Of a stretch of DNA of 64,000 bases, positions 17,756 through 31,246 are shown in pieces (the stretch's first letter is position 1; the number at the start of each line of letters is the position of its first letter). The stretch is from Octopus vulgaris (Eukaryota): the NCBI GenBank assembly GCA_951406725.2, contig OX597825.1, positions 77,438,001-77,502,000 on the forward strand, given 5' to 3'. The position numbers and the translations under genes were made by a program. A model generated the notes under the pieces. It searched no databases. It saw only the letters and a list, made by a program, of their open reading frames with translations, and was not told where the DNA came from.

Positions 17756-18386
17756 GACTTTATGTATACATCTTAATATATACACATGCATGCGTACTTA
17801 CGTATACATCAAAGATGCAAGCATGATAGAATGTCGCTGCATGAATCTTTAGTGGGGGGGGTCTTCTACAGCGGGGATAAGCGGTATATGACAGTTTGTC
17901 CCAAAGCAACCAACCCGTTCGGTACATAAACATCGATAAAATCACGATAAAATAAATTAAGTACTAAGGTCATTATGTTAGAATGAGAAAATTCTGGAAG
18001 ACGATGAGCCAGTATGGCTGAATGAAATGGCTGAAATTAGAGAAATATGAAACAAATACGTAGACCTGGTGATAAGACGTTTCCTTCTCAAGCAAACAGA
18101 TTACGGTTCAGTCCCGCTCCGGGATTTTTGTCAGTGAAGAGGTCGTGGTCACAAAGCGACGAAAATATTTTGGCAAATTAAATTTAAATGTTGGAGTGAA
18201 TTTAACGGTTTTTGTGTGTTTCTTAAATGGCTTATAAACACCTTCCACGCTGCAATTGTTTTCGTTCCAGGACACGATCTCAGATCAGGTCACTTGCTAG
18301 GCAGGTACATCTCCGTGTATGTATATATATATATATGTATGTATATATATATATATATATATATGGAGAGAGATAGAGAGAGAGAA

Positions 18387-18435
<49 letters not shown>

Positions 18436-19182
18436 AAGAAAGAAAGAGAGAGAGAAAGCTACAAGCTTAGGTAATGGAGTAGCTGAAATAATTTTTGAGT
18501 TCTATTTGCAAACACAACCTCTGGTGCTGACCGTGTGCTATGAAACATTTTTTTTCAGTTTAACGAACTTCGATAAATTTTACTAAAAGCATATATATGT
18601 GTGTGTGTGTGTGTTCGTTTGTCCTGCACTACAGATAGAAAACCGATGTTGGTTTATTTACATTCCGTAACGAGCAGTTCGTCAAAAAAGACCGATAGGA
18701 AAAGTGCGAATCTTGAAAATATTTTCCTGGAGTCCATTTTTCCGATTAAACCGTTCAGAGCGACGCCCCAGCATGACCGTAGTTTGATGCCTAAAGCCAG
18801 TATATGGATAACAACAAAGAATTATAAACCGCATTTGATGACAAAAGATACGCGAGTGCATAAGACGCACCCCAGATTAAACTGCGCACATTCATGATCA
18901 GATAAATAAGGTTTCATTCTGTTAAGGGGACAAATTCGCATTTAACAGCCAGGGTAATGTTTAAAGCCAATTGTTTTAATTGGAAAAAGTCTTTCGTCTT
19001 GCTTGCTATCATATACGGTATTCATGATTTTATTCGCACACATACACACCCACACGTTTCGACGTGGTCTCGCCCTCGGTGTGACATTACAAGAAGGGGG
19101 ACCACTCTTATTCAGTTGCAGGTATTTTTTTTTAAACTTAAACGACGTCTGAAGAAACCTTACACTTCGGAACAAATTCATG

Positions 19183-19241
<59 letters not shown>

Positions 19242-19511
19242 GTATGTATATATATATGCATATATATATATGTATGTATGTAAGTATGTATGTAAGTATA
19301 TATATATATATTCATATATATATTTATATATATATATATATATATAAATGCATATAGATATATATACACGCATGCATTTGCATATGCATACATATATATG
19401 CATATATATATATTACATATATATACATATATATACATATATATATATATATGTATATGTATATGTATATTTATATATATGTACATACACAAACAACACA
19501 CTTATTTACTA

Positions 19512-19740
19512 TGGTACCCTGCATACGCCCTCCTCAGCTGGAAACATCCAAATCAGTCACGTAGAACACTCTTCATAGTGATGGGAGAAAAGGAAAACAT
19601 CGTCACACATCTACAACTCGGATCGTAGACTCTGGCCTGGAACATATCCAGGACCTCGAGGCAATAATGTTGGACAGAGAAGTGCGGCGGGTGAAGTTTG
19701 TTGCTGCGGCCTGGATTGGAACCTGGCCAGAAAAATAAAT
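19512..19740 (+). mobile_element. RTE-clade LINE 3' fragment, decayed
   Basis: [10 protein letters not shown].. and DSGLEHIQDLEAIMLDREVRR resemble the RTE C-terminal LLW..GR..DTGL..M.DR..WR. Confidence 0.55.
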
Positions 19741-20734
19741 GAATGGCAAATAAGAAGCAAATTCTCAAAATAATTATCCCGGGTCCTTCATGCGAAACTG
19801 CGTCTTTATTTCATACTTTAATTTATTAAAGACATTATTGTCTGAATATGCAACGCAGGAAAGTCCTTTTTATACAATTAAATATTGTAAATCTATCTAT
19901 TTATCTATCTATCGATCGATCTACATAGATACATACATATAGAGACTGAAGAACTTAAAATCATCGAACGAGATATTAAAGAAAGATTACCCAATCAATG
20001 TTGAATTTGTTTTGTTTGCATTGATATTTTGAATTGCAGTTGCATCGTTTATTTATCTCAATTTTAATAGTTTTTACTGAGGGAAGCTCCTCCTCCACAA
20101 CTTTGTTTCTCTTAATGCTTACAAAAATTCAAGAGCTGCACAAAGGGGAATAACTCAATATTTTAACCAACCTGTCTATTTCTTTTTAGAAACGCCAAAA
20201 GTTTTTAAAAAATAAACGTTTGATTATATTGATATAAGTTCAAAAGTTGGTTGACTCATTATGTCAGTGAGATGCTGCGGTATTCATGCATTTTCCTGGT
20301 TAAATTAAAGCTGAATAAAGTGAATTTAAACTACATTTCTACAAGAAGTCATACGCTGTACTTCATCGGTAACATCAGTAAAACTATAAGATTTAAAAGT
20401 GATTATGAATATCAATTTTAAATACCAATCCACTACGCGGAAAGAGGGTCCTTATACACTTCTAAGAAACAAGGTACATATTCACATAGATAAACTTCGC
20501 ATTCTATTTTTAACAGAATCTGTGTAAGAAATAACATTTTCTTCCAACTAGGTAGGGTTGCAAAAGTTCTATAAGTTGAGGTTAGTCAGGAGACTATTAG
20601 ATAAAAATATTCCCTCTCACTGGTTTTTCACAAATCAAGAAAAAAATGCGCAGGGGAGATTACTCCCTAAATATTAGTCAATTAGCATTTTGACAAATAG
20701 AGAAACTGATGATGGGGAAGTCCCTAGACAGTAA

Positions 20735-20874
<140 letters not shown>

Positions 20875-21450
20875 CCTATATATATATACATATATATACA
20901 TATATACATACATGCATACATATATACATATATATATAAATATATATAAATATATATATACGAGGGGGCTTCTTCAGTTTCCGTCTCCCAAATCCACTTA
21001 CAAAGTAACCTCTGATCGAGGTTATAATAGAATATATTTGCGAAAGGATGGTGCCAGGCAGTGAGATTGAACCCGGAAGAAATACGTGTGTGTGTGTGTT
21101 TGGATATACATTTGTATGTATATATATATACACATATATATGTATATATATGTATATATATGTATGTACGTGTGTATGTATGTATAGATATATATAATAC
21201 CTGTCTCAGTCGATGAACTGTGGCCAAGCTAATATACTGCGTTCAGGGGCTGCGCCGAAGAATTCGTCCTCAGTATATATTCGAAAGTCTAGAACGTGTT
21301 TTATTAAACTTTGTTTTCGAAACGCAAGTCGTAGGATGTAAGCAAGACACTTGAGAAATGATGTCGCTTAAAAAGCAAAAAAATGGATACACATACATAT
21401 ATACTCATACATACAGATAGAAATAGAGAGATAGATAGATACATAGATAA

Positions 21451-21515
<65 letters not shown>

Positions 21516-21788
21516 GAGGAATACAAACCCAAATATATATCTATCTCTCTCTCTATATATATAAACACACACAAATATATATATATAAATATACATATAT
21601 ATATATATACATGATGCATATGTACAGATATATATAGACGGGATTCTAGATAGTTTCCAATTGTTTCCATTCTCCAAAGGCATTGGTCAGAGTTTGATTA
21701 TTGTAGGACCACATCCGCGCCGTAGGACATATGTATGTGTATGTACGTATGTATATATTTTGGAGTGGTTCATCTTCGTTATATACAC

Positions 21789-21860
<72 letters not shown>

Positions 21861-21862
<2 letters not shown>

Positions 21863-21993
21863 TATGGCTACGTGGTTAGGGTATTCGACTCACGACCACA
21901 AGGTCTTGAGTTCAATATATATATACGTATATATATATATGAACTCAAGACCTTGCGGTCGTGAGTCGAATACCCTAACCACGTAGCCATAAT
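21861..21993. repeat. Inverted duplication of a tRNA-SINE head with (TA)n spacer
   Basis: Arms 21861-21913 and 21941-21993 are reverse complements with one mismatch. Confidence 0.95.
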
Positions 21994-22006
21994 ATATATA
22001 TATGTA

Positions 22007-22063
<57 letters not shown>

Positions 22064-22066
<3 letters not shown>

Positions 22067-22359
22067 GCAAAATGGGACAAAAAGGCAAAACATCCGGACA
22101 GCTAAGTGATACAAAAATGGGACAACAAAACATCCAGATAGACGATACCAAGAAAACAAGGACGGCTATTTCGAAGTTTTCTTTCCTCAGTCATGTATCA
22201 GGTTATCTTCGCAATTTCGGCTGATTATACTTGAGATTGATCCAATCTGGCCAGCCCCAAGAGAAAACTAAGCTAAGAGAGCATTAACTTTCTTTGCAAG
22301 ACAGCGGCGAATGTATACAAATACAAGGACGGAAAAAACGGACAATGTTACACAAATAC

Positions 22360-22360
<1 letters not shown>
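22064..22360. mobile_element. (TA)n-flanked element with terminal direct repeat, probable Penelope pseudo-LTR fragment
   Basis: AAAATGGGACAA...CAAAACATCC duplicated at about 22065 and 22109; TA tracts on both sides; adjacent to a GIY-YIG remnant. Confidence 0.45.
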
Positions 22361-22415
<55 letters not shown>

Positions 22416-22509
22416 GCACACACACATATACATATACATATATACATAGAAACGATGAAGAGCGACCAAGGGAGGTAACTCCAATAATAGACAATCAAAG
22501 AATTCCCGG

Positions 22510-22770
22510 ATCTAGCATTTCCGTAGATGTTTCTTCATGGAAGTGTGTGGCTGCATATGTTCCTTTATGCTTATATGCAGTTTTCTTGTTTTGCTTTATA
22601 TGTAGGATGCGCCACATTTGCCACAGATGATCTAGTATACAATATAGGTTCCCTGGCACATTTCAGGGTCATTGATGCGGCAGTTCGTTTAATGTGCACT
22701 CCCCGGAGTAGTGAAAGCTGTTGTTAGTGGACAGAGCTTTTCTCGGAGATGGGCCGGTGTGCACTATTTG
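22510..22770 (-). pseudogene. Penelope-like element GIY-YIG endonuclease remnant
   Basis: Minus frame NCRINDPEMCQGTYIVY*IICGKCGASYI*SKTRKLHISIKEHMQPHTSMKKHLRKC fits the PLE VVY.I.C..C...YIG.T.R.L..R.KEH pattern, with in-frame stops. Confidence 0.8.
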
Positions 22771-23199
22771 TACGTCGAGTCCTTCCCTGTATGTATATAT
22801 CGAACTCTCAGTTTCTGTCTACCACATCCACTCACAAACCTGAAGCTATAGTAGAAGTTACTTGCCTAAGGTGCCACAGACGGGGACTGAACACGGTACA
22901 GTGAGTTTGAGAAGGAAGCTTATATTCTTCAATGTGTTCTGACGTTTTTTTTTATTTTCAGTGTAGTAGGGGGTAACTTAAGGAGATTTCCTTACTATTT
23001 CTAGCATATCGCCGGTCTAGATGGAGGTATTCCATTATTTCGCGATTTAATTTTCTCGCTATTTCTTCCCTTAAAATCTTACTAATCAAACCCGTAATGA
23101 AATGTTCTTCCAACCGTGATCAACCCAACTTGTAGTAATTCAAGAACAAGCTTATTACATTTATCTTTCATTCCTGCTAACGTTACAGAGTTATATTCG

Positions 23200-23830
23200 T
23201 TTCTCCTCGAGGCACAAGGCCCAAAACTTTTGGGGAGGGGCCCAGTCGATTAGACCGACTTAAATTATCGACCCCGAAAGGGTAAAAGACAGCGGAATTT
23301 CGAATCAGATCGTAAAAACAGACGAAATACCTATTTCTTTACTACTCACAAGGGGCTAAACATAGAGAGGACAAACCAGGACAGACAAACAGATTAAGTC
23401 GATTATATCGACCCCAGTGCGTAACTGGTACTTATTTAATCGATTCCCGAAAGATGAAAAGCAAAGTCGACCTCGGCAGAACTTGAACTCAGAACGTAAC
23501 GGCAGACGAAATACCAATTTCTTTACTACCCACAAGGGGCTAAACATAGAGAGGACAAACAAGGACAGACAAACGGATTAAGTCGATTATATCGACTCCA
23601 GTGCGTAACTGGTACTTATTTAATCTACCCCGAAAGGATGAAAGGCAAAGTCGACCTCGGCGGAATTTGAACTCAGAACGTAGCGGCAGACGAAATACCT
23701 ATTTCGTTACTACCCACAAGGGGCTAAACACAGAGAGGTCAAACCAAGACAGACAAACGGATTAAATCGATTATAGCTACCCCAGTGCGTAACTGGTACT
23801 TATTTAATCGACTCCGAAAGGATGAAAGGC
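23200..23830 (-). mobile_element. SINE multimer: truncated A copy plus 184-bp B units (23332-23515, 23516-23699, 23700-23830 partial)
   Basis: Near-identical tandem units joined at GAAATACC|TATTTC or GAAATACC|AATTTC. Confidence 0.9.
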
Positions 23831-24038
23831 TCTCCTGAACGCAACATCTTAACCACTATAACAGATGCCTTCGCTATTTGTCCTGCATTCGAAAAGTTAT
23901 GCGTCGTGAATATCTCAACTTTGTATTTTTAGGTATAGTGTATCTAGGACGACACCAATGAGGGTAGCCTCTTATTTTTCAAGACTAACGTATACTTAAA
24001 GATAATTGGCTACTTTTCTCTGCAACAACACCATAATC

Positions 24039-24341
24039 CACAGATCCCCAATCACCAAATTGCAGACAGTACTGGGCCGCGGGTTACTTGTTACCAGGCC
24101 GCACATAATGAGTATTCTTTAAAATTTTAATTCTATTTCATTGGTTGTCGCAGTCTTCCGGGTGGTTTCTCATTAAATGAGTATTATATGTAATATATAT
24201 GTATCACATATATAATGATTAAATTATATATTATGCACTTGTCATAATCACGTGATTTGTCATGCACGTAATTCTCTTGACCAGGGAAAAATTATTTTCT
24301 ATGAAACTGATCCGAGGTACAAAATCGCTTGGTGGCCGTTG
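24039..24341. mobile_element. hAT-Charlie (MER1-like) non-autonomous element, decayed
   Basis: Ends CACAGATCCCCAA...GGCCGCAC and GGAAAAATTATTTTCTATGAAACTGATCC...TTGGTGGCCGTTG resemble MER1/Charlie termini; degenerate 8-bp flanks CCATAATC/TTATAGTC. Confidence 0.55.
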
Positions 24342-26039
24342 TTATAGTCCACAAAGAGGTCCCCTCGTGGGCTCAGAGTTTGTTCTGATACTTCTGGAGT
24401 TATGCGACTGACATTCGTCTCAGACTGGACTGAACTATTGATTGATTATTTCTGATTACGCTGTTCTATTCTATTCCATACACACCTAAATAATTAGATT
24501 AAACAATAGTTTTTAAGATTATATTTATTCCTCCGCATAATTATATCAAAACTTCCATTGTGATTCCCCCTTCAATAAATATGGAATGATTAATTTAAAA
24601 TTAGTTTATGTCATAAAGATTTAAAAGCATTGTCAGAACGTGAATTCATTTGTTTAACGGCTGAACCCGAAGTGGATAAGGCTATAAATAAAAGAATGTA
24701 AATATTGGGTTAAAAAATTCCTTTGAAAAGAAAGAGTCAAAAGGTGCCGGCATAATACTAACACACATCTTCTATAGACATGACAGACGTTCTACCATTG
24801 GACCAAAGCAATCCTTTAAATTTCTGCGTCCATTTTAGAAACATTATTTTTACCAGCGAGATTTATTGTTTTAATGCGTCGGGAGGGATCGCCGTGTTTC
24901 TGTGGGTCTTTCTAGTCTCTCCGATTGGAGGAAGTGAGTGAGACAGGTACTATGATAACATCATAGGAGGCGTGAGATTTGAACCAAATGCTTGCAAATG
25001 AAGTGAGTGAGTGGAACTGGGTTAAACGGCGTTAGTTAAGGGCCGGGTAGTAGTGGTGGTAATGTTAAACTGAGAGTTGGATTTAGTCTACCACCCATGT
25101 GGGCTACAGTGGGATTCGAACTCAGAATGCATATTACCGTAGCATATATTGCAAAGCCTCTAATTCATATTTGTTTCATTGTTTGTTGACCCTGGACTTA
25201 AAACAGTAAAAGTGGCGTCAGTGGGATTTGAAATCAAAGTGCAGGGAGCAGACTAATGTACTACCTGGCATTTTGTCCAACGTTCTAACACTTCTGCTAA
25301 TTTTCCGCCTGGAGATTTAAACTTATTTGTATCTTCCCAAAGTGCATATACCGACGCTGTAAGTAAAAAACTACCTTCTCAATCAGGACGCTGTAAATAA
25401 CAACCAGCTCAGGACGTTGTAAGTAAGAATTACTCCTCCATCTGCTGCCGCAACGTTGTAAGTAAAGACTACCTCTACATTGTGTCGCATTCCTAAAGAA
25501 CAACTTACTTTTGAAATGCTGCAGTCCAATGGTCGTTGTATTGAAAGTAATAATTAGAGAGCAAGAAGATAACAAGAAATACTGTGAAAACAAAAAGCTA
25601 CTGGAGCGAAACTCTGGCGATTAATGGCCTCCGTATTTACCATGTCATAAAACATAAAGTTATATCGTATCATTACGAGCAGGCAAAGTAAGGTAGCAAT
25701 ATTTTCTACTAATGAAGCTCTTATTATTGTCTCCAGGATTGATTGATAAGTTGTAACTTATATAATGCTGCAGACATTTAATTGCAGCAGTCGTTAAAGA
25801 GTTGGTACTGCTTGGTTCAAAACTCCAGGAATGAGGTTTAGAGAATGCCCTCCAGGGGACAAAACTGCGTAAAAATGGCTTCTGATTTTGTCATAAAGAC
25901 AGTATTGAGCTTTGTGAAACTTGAACTGCGAACGTAGAGTAGAGGAACAAATAATGTAAAGCACATTTTTCTTAGGTGTAACGATTCTGTCAATCTCCAA
26001 CTCCGCATATTTTATTTAAAAATTACTTCTAATTGAAGC

Positions 26040-27444
26040 ACCTCAGCAGGTTTGTGGGAAAAAGGGTAATCAACCTCAGTAGTAGACTGGTATTTCATTT
26101 ATCGATACTGGGAAAATGAAAAAGAAATTAGGCATCATGGGTATTTGAACGCAGAAGATAAATAGACAACTCAAATAATGCAGATCTTACAATTTTCTAA
26201 CGATTCCGCTAATCGACTACCGTACGCCTTTAAGCACAAGACCAGCTATTTTGAGGAAAAATTCCCAGCATTTGACTGGTACTTAGTTTATCGACCTCGA
26301 AGTTATGAAAGACTAAGTTGACACCGGCAAAATTTGGACTGAGAACGAGGAGGTCTGGAAAAAATCACTTTTTATTCCAACGCCATACCGGTACTACTAA
26401 TCAAATACCCGGACACCCTTTATAATTTATTGTTTCTAACTTTGGGGAAAAGGCCAGGGATTTTGCGGGGAGAGGCAATTCAATTTCTAGGACCCCAGTA
26501 CTTATCTGGTACTTTATTTTATCGACCCCATAACGATCAAAAGAAAAGTTGTTCTCTGAGAGATTTGAACTTAGCATGTAAACAATCGGAAGAAATATCG
26601 CTAAGCATTTCTCAACGCATTAACAACTCTGCCAATTCCTTGACAAAAACCTTTTTCTTAAAGAATGGATCCAAATTCAAATTTTGGCACAGAGCAAGCA
26701 GTTATTGAGAGTAGGGTATAAAGTCAATTACATCAACCCCAGTGAGAAACTGGTACTTCTTTTATCGACCTCGATAGATGAACGGCAAAGTCGACCATGG
26801 TCGCATTTGAACCCAGAAGTTAAAGACGGATGAAATAACGCAAAGAATTTTGCCCAGCGTGCTAACAACTCTGCTAGCTCACTGTTTACACCTTTCGATA
26901 ATAATCCTTTCTGAAATTTTGGGGAAAATAAGAAGTCGATTACTTCTTATCCGAAAGGATAAAAGGCAAAGTCGACCTCGGCGGAATTTGAACTCAGAAC
27001 GTAGAGCAGACGAAATATTTCTTTACTACCCACAAGGGGCTAAACACAGAGGGGACAAACAAGGACAGACAAACGGATTAAGTCTATTATATCGACCCCA
27101 GTGCGTAACTGGTACTTATTTATCGACCCCGAAAGGATGAAAGGCAAAGTCGACCTCGGCGGAATTTGAACTCAGAACGTAACGGCAGACAAAATACCGC
27201 TAAGCATTTCGCCCGGGGTGCTAATGATTTTGTCAGCTCGCCGCCTTCTGTTTTTAGTTAATAATCCTTTCTGCTCTAGGGACAAAGCCTGAAATTGGGG
27301 GATGGGAATAGTCGATTACATCGACCCTGAAAGGATCAAAGGCAAAGTCGACCCCGGTTGAATTTGAACTCAGAACGTAAAGACGGACGAAATACCACTA
27401 AGCATTTCGCCTGGCGTGCTAACGATTCTGCCAACTCGCCGCCT
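26040..27444 (-). mobile_element. Cluster of same-orientation family-A/B SINEs of graded divergence (young B copy 27016-27248)
   Basis: Repeated ACTGGTACTT..TTTATCGACC..GAAAGG..AAAGTCGACC..ATTTGAAC motifs at roughly 200-bp intervals. Confidence 0.8.
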
Positions 27445-28749
27445 ACCTTTCATTAATAATGACACTTAATAAGACCGTTAATTTATCCGTTGTGTTTCGT
27501 TTCTGGTTTATTACTTGAAAGTGTATGGTCGCAAGTAAATGATCCGTTACATGGATAGAAAACTGTCGTCTACGTACGAAACCGTGAAATTCAAATTACG
27601 GTCGTAAGTCGAAAATTAGACTCGTAATGAAATGGTGGCCAGTGTATATGAAGCAGAACTTTTATATTTATAAGTTTTTGCACAATGATCGATTAGATTT
27701 CCGGTTAACAAGTGATTTCGTGTGACGAATGCTTTGGAAGGTTGCCCATGATTTCCGACAATACTAATTTGTCAGTATTGCTTCAATTGTTTCTGTGAAT
27801 TGGTCTGGTTTAGTATGGTTGATATGACTATGAGATTCAAATAAGTTCACGCCAGAACCACGGTGTAGAGTCCAGGATCGGTTTCTCTGCGTGGAATCTC
27901 AGGCAAGTGTTTTTTGTTTTTTTTACCTTAAATTTGAATAAACTCAATCCTTGTGAAGGATACTGGGTAAGGTCAGCATCTTGTACGACGTGCATAAGTT
28001 TCTTCCATTTCACCAGCTTAATCGTGTCACGCCGTATTCCCTCTATAGCTAGAATATGTTAAATTTCAATGAACAACGTTAAGCAGGTAAACGATAACAG
28101 GTGAAAGATAATTAGATCTAAATAAAGACTGTGGCCACATCTGGAAAGTCTTTATAATCTGCTTGATCAGTGTAAATTGCGATTAAACACCACAGCAACA
28201 ACAACAACAATGGAAACACTAAAAATAACAAAAATAATTGGCGAACGAGGGAATCACTAGTTGGTCCCTTTTATTGCTAGTTGGCCCCTTTTATTACAAG
28301 TATACAGGAGGGAGGTCTACCGTTTTTGTCTTCTGGTTTTCTTTTAATGAGCTATTATTGAATGTAATCCGGATTACGTTGTGCTTGAAAAACACAAAAT
28401 GGTGTGTTCAAGGTACAAATGCTGTTATTGTAGACCCGAGAAAAGCAGCGAACGGGCAAAACTTTGTTACCATGTCTTTACGTTGTGAGTTAAAATTCCG
28501 CAAGTGGTACCGACTTTGCAGGAAAAAGGGGTCGATAAAATGAGTACCAGTTGAACAGTGGGGTTCATGAAATCGATTTCCTTCTACCCTAAGATCGCTG
28601 GCCCCCTGCCAAATTTTGAAACCATTTTTGAGGTAGCAGAATCGTTAGCACACCGAACAGAATTCTTCCGACTATTTACGTTCTGCTTTACAATTTCATC
28701 GGGATCAGCATTGCTTTTCATCCTTTCAGAGTCAATAAAATAAATACCA

Positions 28750-28982
28750 ATTTCTTTACTACCCACAAGGGGCTAAACACAGAGAGGACAAACAAGGACA
28801 GACAAATGGATTAAGTTGATTATATCGATCCCAGTGCGTAACTGGTACTTAATTTATCGACCCCGAAAGGATGAAAGGCAAAGTCGACCTCGGCGGAATT
28901 TGAACTCAGAACGTAGCGGCAGACGAAATACTGCTAAGCATTTCGCCCGGCGTGTTAACGTTTCTGGCAGCTCGCCGCCTTT
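28750..28982 (-). mobile_element. Full-length young B SINE inserted antisense in an older copy, 15-bp TSD
   Basis: ATAAAATAAATACCA at 28735-28749 and 28986-29000. Confidence 0.9.
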
Positions 28983-29169
28983 TCGATAAAATAAATACCA
29001 GTCAAGTCTTGAGGTCCCTGAAATCGACTAGAAAACCCCAGCAACACCGAAAAAAAAAAAACAAGAATTCCAGATCTTGCACCTGTATTAAAATGGATGA
29101 TACCCTGAATGATTGGGGCTAGGAGAGATGGTGAACAAGGGCAGCAATAACGAGAACAGCAACAACAAT

Positions 29170-29204
<35 letters not shown>

Positions 29205-29950
29205 AAATTATAATTAGAGTTTGTGTATCAAATCCGAATCGAAAAGTTCACGAAATCTCAAGTTTTTCTTCACATCTTCGGTTACACTAATGTTGCGTAT
29301 GATTTATTACCGATGGAACGTTCTAGATTTAAATCGATGTCATGACATCACAATTAATCTAACAGCTGGAGTTATATTTCATATTCTTGATGGCGGAGAA
29401 TCTCAATTATAAATGTCTTACCATTATTAAATATGAATTAAATAACTTGAAGACATCTCTCTCTCTTTCTCTCACTCTCTCTGTCTCTGTGGCTCTTCTC
29501 TCTCTCGCTCTCTCCCCGCCCTACTCTCTCTCTCTCTTATTTTTACTCCCTTTCTCAGTCTGGCCCTCCCTCACTTTTCTCTCACTCTGTCACCCTTCCG
29601 TTGCTATAACTACCTCTCCGTATATCCCTTCATATATCTATCTATTTACCTATCAATCTACCATCTGTGTCACACACTCACCCTGCTCTCTCTCCCTAAC
29701 TATCTGTTTACCTACCAATTTATCCACCTTTCTGTCTCCCTGTACATACATGCGTATATATATATATACATACATACACGTATACATACACACACACGTA
29801 CATCTCTCTATTTATGTGTATACGTGTGTATATATATATATATATATATATGTATTATCTATGTATGTGTATGTATATACATGTATATATAAGCGCGTCA
29901 CAAAGGTGGCTAAATAAGTTGAAAGACAGATAGTAATACATCTCTCTCCC

Positions 29951-29984
<34 letters not shown>

Positions 29985-30034
29985 TACAAATATATATATA
30001 CATATATGTTTGTGTGTGTGTGTGTGTGTGTATC

Positions 30035-30087
<53 letters not shown>

Positions 30088-30198
30088 GTATATGTATGTA
30101 TATATATATATGTATTTGTATATGTATATGTATATATATATATGTATTTGTATATGTATATATATATATATATGTATATGTTTATATACATGTATATG

Positions 30199-30233
<35 letters not shown>

Positions 30234-30645
30234 GCATATATATATAAATATATATATATCTATATATGTATGTATATATGTATGTATGTATGTATGTACG
30301 TATATATGTATTTATATATATATATATTCAGTGATTTAGTCCTTTGAAACATTATCCTCTTGATAATGGACACGAAATTGAAATAATTGGTAAATTATTA
30401 AGATCTATAAAGAATATGATATACATTAAAATTATTACCATTCCGTAAAGGCAACGAGCTGATAGAATGGTTAGCCGATCGGGCAAATATGTTCAGCGAC
30501 AAAACTTCCAGCTCTGAGTTCGAATTCAACTTTCGTGGTTGTCAAAATAAAATAACGGATGAACACTGGAGCTGACGTCATTGACTAGTCCTTCTTTAAA
30601 TTTGCTGGTTTTGTGCTAAATCTTCAAACCATTAATTAGAATTCT

Positions 30646-31246
30646 TATTTCTTTATTGCCCACAAGGGGCTAAACATAGAGGGGACAAATAAGGAGAGAC
30701 AAACGGATTAAGTCGATTATATCGACTCCAGTGCGTAACTGGTACTTCATTTATCGATCCCGAAAGGATGAAAGGCAAAATCGACCTCGGCGGAATTTGA
30801 ACTCAGAACGTAGCGGCAGACGAAATACCTATTTCTTTCTTACCCACAAGGGGCTAAACACAGAGGGGACAAACAAGGACAGATATAGGTATTAAGTCGA
30901 TTATATCCACCCCAGTGCGTAACTGGTACTTAATTTATCGACCCCGAAATGATGAAAGGCAAAGTCGACCTCGGTGGAATTTGAAATCAGAACGTAGCGG
31001 CAGACGAAATACCTATTTCTTTACTACCCACAAGGGGCTAAACACAGAGGGGACAAACAAGGACAGATATAGGTATTAAGTCGATTACATGGACCCCAGT
31101 GCGTAACTGGTACTTAATTTATCGACCCCGAAAGGATGAAAGGCAAAGTCGACCTCGGCGGAATTTGAACTCAGAACGTAACGGCAGACGAAATACGGCT
31201 ATGCATTTCGCCCGGCGTGCTAACGTTTCTGCCAGCTCGCCGCCAC
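30646..31246 (-). mobile_element. B SINE trimer (one head, three bodies) within one 14-bp TSD
   Basis: TTAATTAGAATTCT at 30632-30645 and 31247-31260; units 30646-30829, 30830-31013, 31014-31246. Confidence 0.92.

Noticed and set aside
17800-17945. Possible minus-strand exon ending at GTAAGT
   Set aside because: No clear acceptor and no recognisable peptide.
22160-22196. Minus-strand CTGAGGA...CGAAA hammerhead candidate
   Set aside because: Stems I and III are not supported in this copy.
23332-31246. Regular 184-bp arrays as CRISPR or satellite
   Set aside because: No unique spacers; the units are bodies of a dispersed SINE in a eukaryotic context.
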